This document shows positions 18,369 to 27,188 of a stretch of DNA of 64,000 nucleotides, one piece after another. Position numbers and translations under genes: made by a program. The notes under the pieces were generated by a model. The model was not told the origin of the DNA and made no database searches. It worked only from the letters and a program-made list of their open reading frames with translations. This stretch comes from Candidatus Doudnabacteria bacterium RIFCSPHIGHO2_01_48_18 (GTDB lineage: Bacteria; Patescibacteriota; Doudnabacteria; UBA920; 2-01-FULL-46-14): NCBI GenBank assembly GCA_001777515.1, contig MFEF01000002.1, positions 5,354 to 69,353 on the forward strand, given 5' to 3'. Numbering within the stretch: the stretch's first letter is position 1; each line of letters opens with the position of its first letter.

Positions 18369-20110
18369 GTATAAAAAATTCCGAAATGGCGAAAATTCTG
18401 CGCGAGATTGGCGGCTACTACGAAATGAAAAACGAGCCATTTAAACCCAGGGCGTACGAGCGCGCGGCAGATTCGCTTGACGCGCTCGATGAGCAAGCAG
18501 GGCAGATTTACAAAGAAGCCGGTTTTAAAGGACTGCGAACCATTCCTGGGATAGGGCAGGGAATCGCTGAGCATATTGAAGAGCTTTTGAAGAGCGGTCG
18601 TCTCAAGAAATATGACAGCCTCAAAAAACAGATGCCAGTCAACCTCGCGGAGCTGACCTCAATCTCAGGTCTCGGAGCAAAGACCGCAGGCGAGCTCTAT
18701 AAAAAGTTGAAAATCAAAAATCTCAAAGATCTGAAAAGAGCAGTCGCGAGTCATCGCTTGCAAAAGATCAAAGGCTTTGGAAAAAAGACAGAAGAAAATA
18801 TTGTCAAAGCTCTAGAGTCAAAAGGTACCGCTACGCAGCGCTATTTGCTCGGCTACATATATCCGATTATAGAAAGGCTTAGAGTCAAACTGGAAAGTTC
18901 TGGTCAGTTTGAAAAATTAATCGTTGGCGGATCGTACCGCCGGAAGCAGGAAACAGTGGGTGATATTGACGTCCTTGCTATCGCCAAAAACCCGAAACAA
19001 GCCATGGACTATTTCGTAAACCTGCCGGAAGCAGGACAGGTCGTGGCGCACGGGGTAACCAAATCCGCGATCAGGCTGAACAATGGCATTCAGGTTGATC
19101 TCCTGGTAGTACCGCCAAAGTCCTGGGGCGCAGCCATGATTTATTTCACTGGAGACCTTGCGCACAATATCAAAATGCGCAAAATTGCGATTGATAAAGG
19201 TTGGAAGCTATCCGGAACAGGGCTCTACAAAGGAAAGAAACTCATTGCTGGCATATCAGAAGAAGAGGTTTACAAAAAACTCGGCTTAAAACAGGTTCCT
19301 CCGCCAGAAATACGCACCGACTCCGGAGAGATAGAGGCCGCCCTTCGGCAAGCTCAGGGCAAACCAGGTGGTTTACCTAAACTAATAGAATATGATGAAG
19401 TGAGGGGTGATTTGCAGGTTCAGACTAGTTGGACAGACGGCAAGGCAAGCATTGAAGACATGGCCATGGCCGCTATGGCGCTGGGCAGAGAGTATATTGC
19501 CATAACTGACCACACCAAGACTCTTTACATGACCGGTGGTCTAGATGAGAAAAAGATCCTCCAGCAGGGAAAAGAAATCGAGAGAGTAAATAAAAAGCTG
19601 AGGGGTAAGATTCGAATTTTGAAGGGGGCAGAAGTAAACATTCTCAAAGACGGAACGCTTGACATCGCGGACAGTACGCTTGCAAAGCTCGACGTAGTTG
19701 GCGCATCCATTCATTCGCATTTCAAGCTCTCCAGAGAAGACCAGACAAAGCGGATTATCCGCGCGCTTTCCAATCCCAACGTGGATATTTTTTTCCACCC
19801 TACAACTCGTATTATCCAGCGCCGCGATCCGATTGATTTTGATTTTGAGGAAGTGTTAAAAGCTGCGAAGAAATACCGGGCCGCTCTCGAGATCAACTCT
19901 TATCCGGACCGCCTCGATCTTCATGACAAAATGATCAGGCAGACAGTAGAGGCTGGCGTAAAGCTGGTTATCAATACTGACGCGCACGCTCCAAAACATT
20001 TGGAGTTTATCCAATACGGGATTGCGCAAGCGCGCCGCGGCTGGGCTACGAAAAAAGATATTTTGAATACTATGACCGCGGAGGAGCTGCTGCAATACTT
20101 GACTAAATAG
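18365..20110 (+). CDS. polX: DNA polymerase X / PHP exonuclease fusion
   Basis: RAYERAA, HhH, GSYRR..GDID, YFTG, ITDH, LEINSYPDRLDL, TDAH. Confidence 0.95.
   Translation: MSIKNSEMAKILREIGGYYEMKNEPFKPRAYERAADSLDALDEQAGQIYKEAGFKGLRTIPGIGQGIAEHIEELLKSGRLKKYDSLKKQMPVNLAELTSISGLGAKTAGELYKKLKIKNLKDLKRAVASHRLQKIKGFGKKTEENIVKALESKGTATQRYLLGYIYPIIERLRVKLESSGQFEKLIVGGSYRRKQETVGDIDVLAIAKNPKQAMDYFVNLPEAGQVVAHGVTKSAIRLNNGIQVDLLVVPPKSWGAAMIYFTGDLAHNIKMRKIAIDKGWKLSGTGLYKGKKLIAGISEEEVYKKLGLKQVPPPEIRTDSGEIEAALRQAQGKPGGLPKLIEYDEVRGDLQVQTSWTDGKASIEDMAMAAMALGREYIAITDHTKTLYMTGGLDEKKILQQGKEIERVNKKLRGKIRILKGAEVNILKDGTLDIADSTLAKLDVVGASIHSHFKLSREDQTKRIIRALSNPNVDIFFHPTTRIIQRRDPIDFDFEEVLKAAKKYRAALEINSYPDRLDLHDKMIRQTVEAGVKLVINTDAHAPKHLEFIQYGIAQARRGWATKKDILNTMTAEELLQYLTK
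19340..19360. repeat. Short palindromic REP-like element in frame (ALRQAQG)
   Basis: GCCCTTCGGCAAGCTCAGGGC; near-identical core at 27540-27556. Confidence 0.7.
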
Positions 20111-20286
20111 CCTGGTCGCGGTTTTTGCAAACAAGGGATCCTTGTCAACAAAGCAGATTCGCGGATGCGCTGATGGTCGACCTCATAGGCCATCCGGATC
20201 AAGCTCGTGCGGTGATAGATGTCACCCGGTATTACATGGTGAAAGAAGAAGCTCGCCAGAAATGCTTTCAGCCAATAGCGAAAAAT

Positions 20287-20453
20287 TAAAAGAAAATCCC
20301 CGGTTTGCCGCTAGGCTCACCGGGGATTGTTGTAATCTGGACTAGATCCAGATTACTGCTGTTGTTTCTATCATAGAAACTTTTCCTCCATCTTGGATTA
20401 ATCTCGACGCTGCCAGATAAAAACAGGAGGAAACAAACCTGGAAACGTCGGAC
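20287..20453 (-). ncRNA. Candidate structured small RNA / short-peptide transcript
   Basis: Minus-strand TTTACA-17-TATGAT promoter (20486-20458), serial hairpins, terminal GC stem plus U-tract. Confidence 0.5.
20342..20374 (-). CDS. Putative 10-aa peptide MIETTAVIWI
   Basis: GGAGG SD 10 nt upstream of ATG, within the candidate transcript. Confidence 0.4.
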   Translation of the reverse strand: MIETTAVIWI

Positions 20454-20547
20454 AACAATCATAAACTATTTTGACGATTCTGTAAACCCAGCACCACTGG
20501 CTTCTTGTGGTGCCGGGCAAAGCCTGATATTATGAAAGAAATAAAGT

Positions 20548-21276
20548 ATGTCGAAACAAACACAAAAAGAAACAATACATGGAAGGATTCCGGCCTACGG
20601 CCAGGGTTCGGGCACTGACTGGGATTATAGCGCGGAACCATTTGACTATCAGCACAATCCATCGTGGCGCATTTTTCGCATTATGGCGGAATTTGTGGAC
20701 GGCTTTAATTTCATAACAAAATTTTCCAAGAGTGTTACTTTTTTCGGTTCCGCAAGGTCCGGTGACCAAGATGATCATTATCGGAGCGCGCAAAAATTGG
20801 CGCGGATGTGCGCGAAAGCTGGCTTCGCGGTTATTACCGGCGGCGGTCCAGGCATCATGGAGGCGGCCAACAAAGGCGCGCTCGAGGGCAAAGGCGAATC
20901 CGTGGGCCTGAATATCCAGCTGCCGTTTGAGCAGCGGGTTAACTCATTTGTGAGAAAATCTATCGCTTTTAACTATTTTTTTACGAGAAAAGTTATGCTC
21001 GCGTTTTCTGCTTCCGCGTTTGTTTTTTTTCCAGGTGGATTTGGGACGCTTGACGAGGTTTTTGAACTATTGACGCTCAGGCAGACGCACAAAATCAATC
21101 CTCGGATTCCGATCATCCTTGTGGGAGCTGATTTCTGGGGTCCGCTTGAAAGCTGGCTAAAAAATAATGCCGCTGGCATGCACGGCACAATAGATTCGGA
21201 TGAACTGAAACTGTTTCGCGTTGTCGATTCTCCGGAAGACGCGTTTGAAATCATCCGCAAAACAAAACTACGATAG
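20548..21276 (+). CDS. LOG family (TIGR00730) nucleotide phosphoribohydrolase
   Basis: FFGSAR, TGGGPGIMEAAN, PGGFGTLDE. Confidence 0.93.
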   Translation: MSKQTQKETIHGRIPAYGQGSGTDWDYSAEPFDYQHNPSWRIFRIMAEFVDGFNFITKFSKSVTFFGSARSGDQDDHYRSAQKLARMCAKAGFAVITGGGPGIMEAANKGALEGKGESVGLNIQLPFEQRVNSFVRKSIAFNYFFTRKVMLAFSASAFVFFPGGFGTLDEVFELLTLRQTHKINPRIPIILVGADFWGPLESWLKNNAAGMHGTIDSDELKLFRVVDSPEDAFEIIRKTKLR

Positions 21277-21299
21277 TCTGTCGCTGCGCTGGAGTCTGT

Positions 21300-22250
21300 C
21301 TACGACAACCAGCGTTTTTTGTAAATAAAGGCTATCATTAAAACTGCCATTATAAATAATGCGCCGTTTATGTATCCGAGGATATGAGGGTCGTTCTGCC
21401 ATGGCAGGGGAATGTTCATGCCGTAATAGTTCAAGAGCAGCTGCAAGGGGAAAGGGATCACGGAAAATACCGCAAGGAGCTTTAACAAGCGGTTTGTGCT
21501 CCTCGTGATCAAGGATTCGTTGGCGTCCTCGAGTACGTCAACGTACGATTTTGCCGTATCGAGCTGGGATACTATTTTATCCTGTTTGTCGACGAGGTCG
21601 TCAAAATAAATGCGTAGTTCTTCAGGCACGAATTTTTGATGCTTACCGCCAAGATCCACGAACACTTGTCGCTGCGGCGACAAAATGCGCCGCAAATTGA
21701 TTATGTTTCGTTTAAGGATCATAATCTCTTGAATCATGTCCTTCAGCTCAGGGTTTTCAAAAATCTCCTCTTCCAGTTGAAAAATGAGATCGTTTTTTTG
21801 GTTGATAATCGGGAACACATAATCCATATGAGAATCGAGTATTTCCCAAAGAAGCATTCCCACTCCCCCGCGCATAAATTTTTGTCTGGCCACTTCGTCA
21901 ATACGGCAGGTTTCAAAAAAATTCTGCAGCGCGGTCAACTGGCCGCCGTTGATGGTGATGAGATAGTCGTGGCCAAAAAAGATATTGAGTTCCGAGCGTT
22001 TGTAAATTCGCCTGGCGGTTTCATAAACGGGAAACTGCAAAATAATGAAAAGGTAGTTTTGGTAAGCGTCGATCTTGGGGTAACTAACCTTAGACAAAAC
22101 ATCCTCCAGGTCCAAGGGGTGATATTTAAAATTTTCACCTAAATACTGGACCATTTCCTGGTCTGGGTCAGTGATATTTATCCAGCGGTAGCCGTTGTAA
22201 GAAATTTCTTGAAGCTTCATCGTCGCAACCGGGATTACCTGCGCATCCAC
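21300..22250 (-). CDS. corA: CorA family Mg2+ transporter (start 22250 GTG or 22220 ATG)
   Basis: HPLDLED, YGMN signature, two C-terminal TMs. Confidence 0.9.
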   Translation of the reverse strand: MDAQVIPVATMKLQEISYNGYRWINITDPDQEMVQYLGENFKYHPLDLEDVLSKVSYPKIDAYQNYLFIILQFPVYETARRIYKRSELNIFFGHDYLITINGGQLTALQNFFETCRIDEVARQKFMRGGVGMLLWEILDSHMDYVFPIINQKNDLIFQLEEEIFENPELKDMIQEIMILKRNIINLRRILSPQRQVFVDLGGKHQKFVPEELRIYFDDLVDKQDKIVSQLDTAKSYVDVLEDANESLITRSTNRLLKLLAVFSVIPFPLQLLLNYYGMNIPLPWQNDPHILGYINGALFIMAVLMIAFIYKKRWLS

Positions 22251-22286
22251 TTATAGTGGCTGCTCCGATATCCATATTGCTCCTCT

Positions 22287-22338
22287 TTCCAAAAACGCGT
22301 GCTCGTCGCTGCCGCTCCCGCGCTACTCGTTTTTGGAA
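22287..22338. repeat. Intergenic palindromic element
   Basis: 11-bp IR TTCCAAAAACG/CGTTTTTGGAA enclosing TCGCTGCCGCTC, which is also at 2154-2165. Confidence 0.65.
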
Positions 22339-22347
22339 CTATTAAAT

Positions 22348-22665
22348 TCATATTTGTTTCTGGAGGCGTTTGACGATTTCGGCTTTGGGAACAGCGCCTA
22401 CAATTTCATCCGCAATCTGGCCGTTTTTAAAAATTTTCATATTGGGAATGCCACGGACATGGTATTGCATGGCGATCTCAGGGAAATCATCAACGTTTAG
22501 CTTCGCGATTTTGATTTTATCTTTGTACTCCTCTGAAATTTCGGCGAGCGCCGGAGCTATGAGTTTGCACGGAACGCACCATTCAGCCCAAAAATCCACC
22601 AATACCGGGGTGGGCGAGTTCAGAACCTCTTGAGAAAAGTTGTTTTTGTTCAGTGTTGTCTCCAT
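22348..22665 (-). CDS. trxA: Thioredoxin
   Basis: VDFWAEWCVPCK, RGIP. Confidence 0.95.
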   Translation of the reverse strand: METTLNKNNFSQEVLNSPTPVLVDFWAEWCVPCKLIAPALAEISEEYKDKIKIAKLNVDDFPEIAMQYHVRGIPNMKIFKNGQIADEIVGAVPKAEIVKRLQKQI

Positions 22666-22837
22666 TCGACCCGTTACCTCGCTTAACGCCAGCTACTCGC
22701 TTGTGATCTTCTATGATCTTCCGTACCGTTTTCGCGGTGCTTTAATCATCAAATCCATTATGCATCGTCGCACTTTTTTTTTGATTTGTCAATTTCGCCA
22801 TAAACAGGTATTCTTAAGGCAGATTAAGCAGATTTTC

Positions 22838-23779
22838 GTGAAGGAAACAAAAAATTACTTTTTAATTTTGCTGATGATTGCCGCGTTTGCGGTTTTTAAT
22901 CCTTCGCCCGAGATCCCGGAAGGAAAGGTGGCTGGACAAATTGTTAGTGGAACTGAAAAATTTGCCGATTTTCCAGTAGTTCCTGATACACGGGTTATCT
23001 CGATTCCGGTGAATGCCAAGCCGGCTAAAGCTCCCGGTGTTTCCGCAAAAGCGGTGCTTATCAAAGATATTGAATCAGGCGTTGCTGTGTATGAAAAAAA
23101 TTCGGCTGAAAAACTGCCTATCGCGAGCCTGACAAAGCTGATGACGGCCCTGATTGTCGTAGAGAATGCCTCGCTCGACGATGAGGTGGAAATCAAAGCT
23201 TCTGACCTGCAAACGGCTCCGTATCGAATAAATTTTGCGGTCGGGGACAGGGTTGCAATCAAGGATCTGTTAACCGCCATGCTTGTGCCTTCGGCCAATG
23301 ACGCGGCATTGGCGCTTGCTAGGCACACTTTTGGCAGCAAAGAGGATTTTGTTAAAGCCATGAACAATAAAGCCCGGGGCTTGGGTATGGTTTCCACATC
23401 TTTTGCCAATCCGGTGGGTTTTGACAGTGCGTCTCATTATTCCACAGCCGCGGACATGTCACTCCTTGCGGAAGAGTTCATAAAACATACTGAGCTGCTT
23501 GATATCGTAAAACTAAAATCAGCTGACATCGCGTCGCTTTCTTCCTCAAGAAAACAGCGCGTGTACACAACTAATAAACTCTTGCTGGAACGAGATGACG
23601 TAGTGGGACTGAAAACTGGATACACCGTGGAAGCCAAAGGTAGCCTGATCACCTTAGTTGACAACGGTAATCCGGAGTCTCCGCTCAGATATTATTCCAT
23701 AATGCTGGGAAGCGACGATAGGGAAATGGAAACAAGAATGTTAATGAAATGGATTGAGGACAATTTCATATGGAGATGA
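22838..23779 (+). CDS. D-Ala-D-Ala carboxypeptidase (peptidase S11); start approximate
   Basis: ASLTK (SxxK), SAND (SxN), KTG. Confidence 0.92.
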   Translation: MKETKNYFLILLMIAAFAVFNPSPEIPEGKVAGQIVSGTEKFADFPVVPDTRVISIPVNAKPAKAPGVSAKAVLIKDIESGVAVYEKNSAEKLPIASLTKLMTALIVVENASLDDEVEIKASDLQTAPYRINFAVGDRVAIKDLLTAMLVPSANDAALALARHTFGSKEDFVKAMNNKARGLGMVSTSFANPVGFDSASHYSTAADMSLLAEEFIKHTELLDIVKLKSADIASLSSSRKQRVYTTNKLLLERDDVVGLKTGYTVEAKGSLITLVDNGNPESPLRYYSIMLGSDDREMETRMLMKWIEDNFIWR

Positions 23780-24783
23780 TGGGACAAAATTTGGCGGAGA
23801 TTTTCAAGCTAACGGCATTGTCGTTTATTTTGGCTATATTGTGGACGCCAGTTCTGACACACTACCTGTATAAGCATAAGCTGGTTAAGCAAATAAGGCA
23901 GCAGACCTGGGATGGGCAGCCTGCCAAGATTTTTCGCGAGATGCACGGTAAGAAGTGCGGCACTCCGACCATGGGCGGTTTGCTTATCTGGCTGACTGCG
24001 GCCGGCGTAACCTTATTTTTCAATCTATCTCGCGAGCAAACCTGGCTGCCACTATTCACGCTTGTTTCTGCTGGGATTTTGGGCATGATCGACGACATGC
24101 TGAATATACGCGGTTTTGTGAAAGGCCTTTCCGCCAAACTCAAATTTTTGTTTCAGTTTTTGATCGCGGGCCTCGGCGCATGGTGGTTTTACTATAAGCT
24201 GGAGTTTTCCGAGATTGGCATTCCGGGCGGGGCCAACATTGGCCTTCCCGAAACTCTCGATATTGGTTGGTTGTATATTCCGCTTTTTATCCTTACTGTT
24301 GTTTTTTTGACTAACGCCGTAAACATCACGGACGGACTCGACGGTCTGGCGGGGGGGACACTTGCGGCCAGCTTTGCGGCCGTCATGGGAATCGCGCTGG
24401 TACAAGGGCAGGTCGGCATCGCGGCTTTCGCCGGAACGATCGTTGGCGCTTTGCTTGCGTTTCTATGGTTCAATATTTATCCGGCCCGTTTTTTTATGGG
24501 GGATACCGGAGCCTTTGCCCTCGGCGCGACCCTGGCTGTCCTCGCGTTTTTAACAAATACTGTATTGCTTCTGCCCATCATTGGTTTTATTTTCGTCGTG
24601 GAGGCTTTTTCGACCCTCTTGCAATGGTTTTCAAAAAGGTATCTATCGCGCAAATTTTTGAAGATAGCGCCGCTGCATCATCATTTTGAAGCCCTGGGCT
24701 GGCCGGAAACCAAAGTCACTATGCGATTTTGGGTTATTTCCGCGGTTATGGCCACAATCGGAATGGTTATCGCATTTCTATGA
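23770..24783 (+). CDS. mraY: Phospho-MurNAc-pentapeptide transferase
   Basis: GTPTMGG, NAVNITDGLDGL, FMGDTG, APLHHHFE. Confidence 0.96.
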   Translation: MEMMGQNLAEIFKLTALSFILAILWTPVLTHYLYKHKLVKQIRQQTWDGQPAKIFREMHGKKCGTPTMGGLLIWLTAAGVTLFFNLSREQTWLPLFTLVSAGILGMIDDMLNIRGFVKGLSAKLKFLFQFLIAGLGAWWFYYKLEFSEIGIPGGANIGLPETLDIGWLYIPLFILTVVFLTNAVNITDGLDGLAGGTLAASFAAVMGIALVQGQVGIAAFAGTIVGALLAFLWFNIYPARFFMGDTGAFALGATLAVLAFLTNTVLLLPIIGFIFVVEAFSTLLQWFSKRYLSRKFLKIAPLHHHFEALGWPETKVTMRFWVISAVMATIGMVIAFL

Positions 24784-26354
24784 CATTTGATTTACTTATA
24801 AAAAACGGAACCGTGCTCGATGGCGCAAGCAACCAGGCTTACAAGGCTGACATTGGCATCAATGGAAATTTGATCCGCGTTGTTGGCAATCTTCGGGGAG
24901 CTAGCGCCGGACAGATTATCGACGCGTCGGGTCTGTTTGTCGCGCCTGGATTTATAGATATTCAGAATCACTCTGATTCGTACCTGACCTTGCTTGAGAT
25001 CCCGTCCATGGAAAGTCTGGTTACGCAAGGCATAACAACGATTCTGGTAGGCCATTGCGGCACCTCCCTTGCGCCGCTTTCTACCCCGGAAGCCCTGAAA
25101 TCGATTCAAAAATGGCGGAGCCTTGCCGGAGCAAATGTTAACTGGCAGACTTTCGAGGAATATCTTGGAACCTTGAAGAATTATCCTCTGGGTGTAAACG
25201 TGACAAGCCTCGTGGGGCATGCCACAGTACGGCGCGGTTTGCTTTCTGATCAAATCAGGGCCGCGACGCCGGAAGAAATATTAATAATCGAAAAACAGAT
25301 TGCGGATAGCTTTGAAGCCGGCGCGAAAGGTGTTTCTCTGGGCCTAGTTTACGCACATGAGGCCAATTCGTCGGAAGAGGAACTGCTGTCAGTGGCCAAA
25401 ATGGTCGCGTCCAACGAAAAAATGCTCAGCGTTCATTTGCGGTCTGAAGGCGGCCATGTGGTGGAAGCGCTGGAAGAAGTCATAGGTCTCGCGGAGAAAT
25501 CCGGGTGCGATCTCAAAATTTCTCATTTCAAAATCCGGGGGAGTCAAAACTACGGTTACTTGGACGAGGCACTGTCAGTGATTGACCGGGCTTACCAACG
25601 CGGTGTCAGCGTTTTTTTTGATGTTTATCCCTACACCACCTCCTGGACAGTGCTTTATACATATCTGCCGAAATGGGCTTATGAAGGCGGCAAAAAATCG
25701 ATACTGCAAAACATCAAGGAACCGTCATCAAGAAAAAAGATCATAGACCATCTTTCAAGACAGGAAACAAACTTGGGTAGCGTTTTTATAGCTACTTCCG
25801 AAACCAATCCAGGACTGACCGGCCGAACCCTCTCGCAAATTGCCGCAAATCAAGAGGTTACGGCTCAAGAAGCGCTTCTTAATGTTCTTGAAGCGACAGC
25901 AACGCACGCGATCGTTTTTGACCGAAATCTTTCAGAAAGCGTTATGCTCGCGCTTCTCAAGCATCCGCTTGGCGTGATTGGCACGGACGGCGCTGGTTAT
26001 GATTTTTCATTTTCCCCAACTCACGGACTAGTGCACCCCAGATGTTTTGGAACCATGCCGAGATTTTTGTCACTGATCAGGGAAAAAAATCTCATGTCGT
26101 GGCCGGAGGCCATCAAAAAAATTACTTCCAGGCCAGCGGAAAAAATGAAACTAAAAAACCGAGGCAGGCTTGCCGCGGGCCTAGTAGCTGACGTGGTTGT
26201 TTTTGATCCCCATACGGTGGGCAGTCGAGCAACCTATGAAAATCCTTATCAGCAGGCGGACGGAATAAGCTATGTTGTTATAAATGGCAAGATAAGTTTT
26301 GCTGTTAGAGAGCCAGCCCAGAGGGTTACAGCAGGCCAGCTTTTGCTCAATTGA
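24780..26354 (+). CDS. N-acyl-D-amino-acid deacylase family amidohydrolase
   Basis: APGFIDIQNHSD, QGITT..GHCG, HLRSE, ISHFK, HPRCFGT. Confidence 0.88.
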   Translation: MTFDLLIKNGTVLDGASNQAYKADIGINGNLIRVVGNLRGASAGQIIDASGLFVAPGFIDIQNHSDSYLTLLEIPSMESLVTQGITTILVGHCGTSLAPLSTPEALKSIQKWRSLAGANVNWQTFEEYLGTLKNYPLGVNVTSLVGHATVRRGLLSDQIRAATPEEILIIEKQIADSFEAGAKGVSLGLVYAHEANSSEEELLSVAKMVASNEKMLSVHLRSEGGHVVEALEEVIGLAEKSGCDLKISHFKIRGSQNYGYLDEALSVIDRAYQRGVSVFFDVYPYTTSWTVLYTYLPKWAYEGGKKSILQNIKEPSSRKKIIDHLSRQETNLGSVFIATSETNPGLTGRTLSQIAANQEVTAQEALLNVLEATATHAIVFDRNLSESVMLALLKHPLGVIGTDGAGYDFSFSPTHGLVHPRCFGTMPRFLSLIREKNLMSWPEAIKKITSRPAEKMKLKNRGRLAAGLVADVVVFDPHTVGSRATYENPYQQADGISYVVINGKISFAVREPAQRVTAGQLLLN

Positions 26355-26375
26355 TTTTGTGCTAATTTGCCAAAA

Positions 26376-26402
26376 ACAGTCCCGGCAATTCGGGACTGTT
26401 TG
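26376..26402 (+). terminator. Hairpin terminator
   Basis: AACAGTCCCG-GCAATT-CGGGACTGTTT. Confidence 0.65.
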
Positions 26403-26449
26403 TTATACTGTCAGATGCGTTGAATATCTGATCCAGGCACACTTTATCT

Positions 26450-26704
26450 ATGAATGAAGTGCTGCAATCCGAAGTGTTCTTTTTCATAACCTCTATTGCC
26501 GTCATAGTGCTGACGGGTCTTGCGGTGGGAGTTTTGGTGTACTTTATTTCCGTTGTCAAGGATCTGAAGCATGTTGCCAGAGTAGCGCGCAGAGAAGCTG
26601 ATCATATCGCTTCTGATTTGGCGGATTTTCGGGCAGAGAATCATTTGCCGAATTTTTTGAAAAAAATTTTCAACCGCAGGCACAAGATTAAAATTAAACA
26701 TTAA
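26450..26704 (+). CDS. Small membrane protein (CPR-type hypothetical)
   Basis: One TM (VFFFITSIAVIV...) followed by a helical segment. Confidence 0.7.
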   Translation: MNEVLQSEVFFFITSIAVIVLTGLAVGVLVYFISVVKDLKHVARVARREADHIASDLADFRAENHLPNFLKKIFNRRHKIKIKH

Positions 26705-26714
26705 GAAAAACAAC

Positions 26715-26930
26715 GTGACATTGAGTACTAGAGCAAAGGTAGGAATATCTCTTTCCGCGATCGCCGCGGCGATTGGCGGCAGAGACGGAGCGGCGTCGGC
26801 TTATCAGAAGCTGCGCGACAGGGACCGGATCGAAACAGACGATTTGATACGAGACCTTCGCGGATATTGGACGGTATTGAAGGGAAAATATGGTAATAAA
26901 CCCAAAAAGCGGTCCAAATCAAAAAAATAA
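26715..26930 (+). CDS. Short hypothetical protein, possibly internally deleted
   Basis: Hydrophobic N-terminus breaks abruptly into a charged helix; stop codon overlaps the 109-bp repeat. Confidence 0.5.
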   Translation: MTLSTRAKVGISLSAIAAAIGGRDGAASAYQKLRDRDRIETDDLIRDLRGYWTVLKGKYGNKPKKRSKSKK

Positions 26931-27033
26931 ATCCAGCACCTTCCTGTCGGGGTATTGCACCCCGCAGGAAGGCTATATTGAGCCATTCATCCCCGCAGCA
27001 AGCTGCGGGGTATTCTGGAAGGTGCTGGATAAA
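26925..27033. mobile_element. 109-bp MITE-like palindromic element, copy 2 (inverted)
   Basis: Exact reverse complement of 16305-16413. Confidence 0.8.
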
Positions 27034-27149
27034 TTTCTGGTAGGAACTTCGGGATGGCAGTACAAAGACTGAATGACGCAAAAGCGGCTGCCAGCAAAAA
27101 CGCTCGTTATCTGAAGCATTTGTTGGCCCGCCCGCCATCGCAAGCTTGA
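27034..27149 (+). pseudogene. DUF72 family remnant with a large internal deletion
   Basis: FLVGTSGWQYKD (DUF72 N-terminus) joined out of frame to NDAKAAASKNARYLKHLL (DUF72 C-terminus-like). Confidence 0.75.
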
Positions 27150-27188
27150 AGCTTGGCTCGGTGGCTCGCGGCGGGTATAATTTGATTT

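Noticed and set aside
20142-20345. 67-aa plus-strand ORF
   Set aside because: TTG start, no SD, runs through the hairpin region; unconvincing composition
20111-20520. tmRNA, SRP RNA, RNase P or 6S RNA
   Set aside because: No tRNA-like ends, SRP loop motif, RNase P P4 consensus or long 6S-type rod recognised by eye; an Rfam scan is still needed
22640-22837. Long N-terminal extensions given by the ORF track (also at 17649, 24729, 28381, 41592)
   Set aside because: They overlap upstream genes or promoters; downstream starts fit the family N-termini better
16305-27033. Composite transposon carrying the 10.6-kb interval
   Set aside because: Cargo includes housekeeping genes (mraY, trxA) in the usual order relative to murD-ftsW; no transposase and no flanking target duplication seen
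26890-27072. 60-aa ORF spanning the element
   Set aside because: Mostly translated repeat; only the last 12 codons are meaningful (DUF72 remnant)
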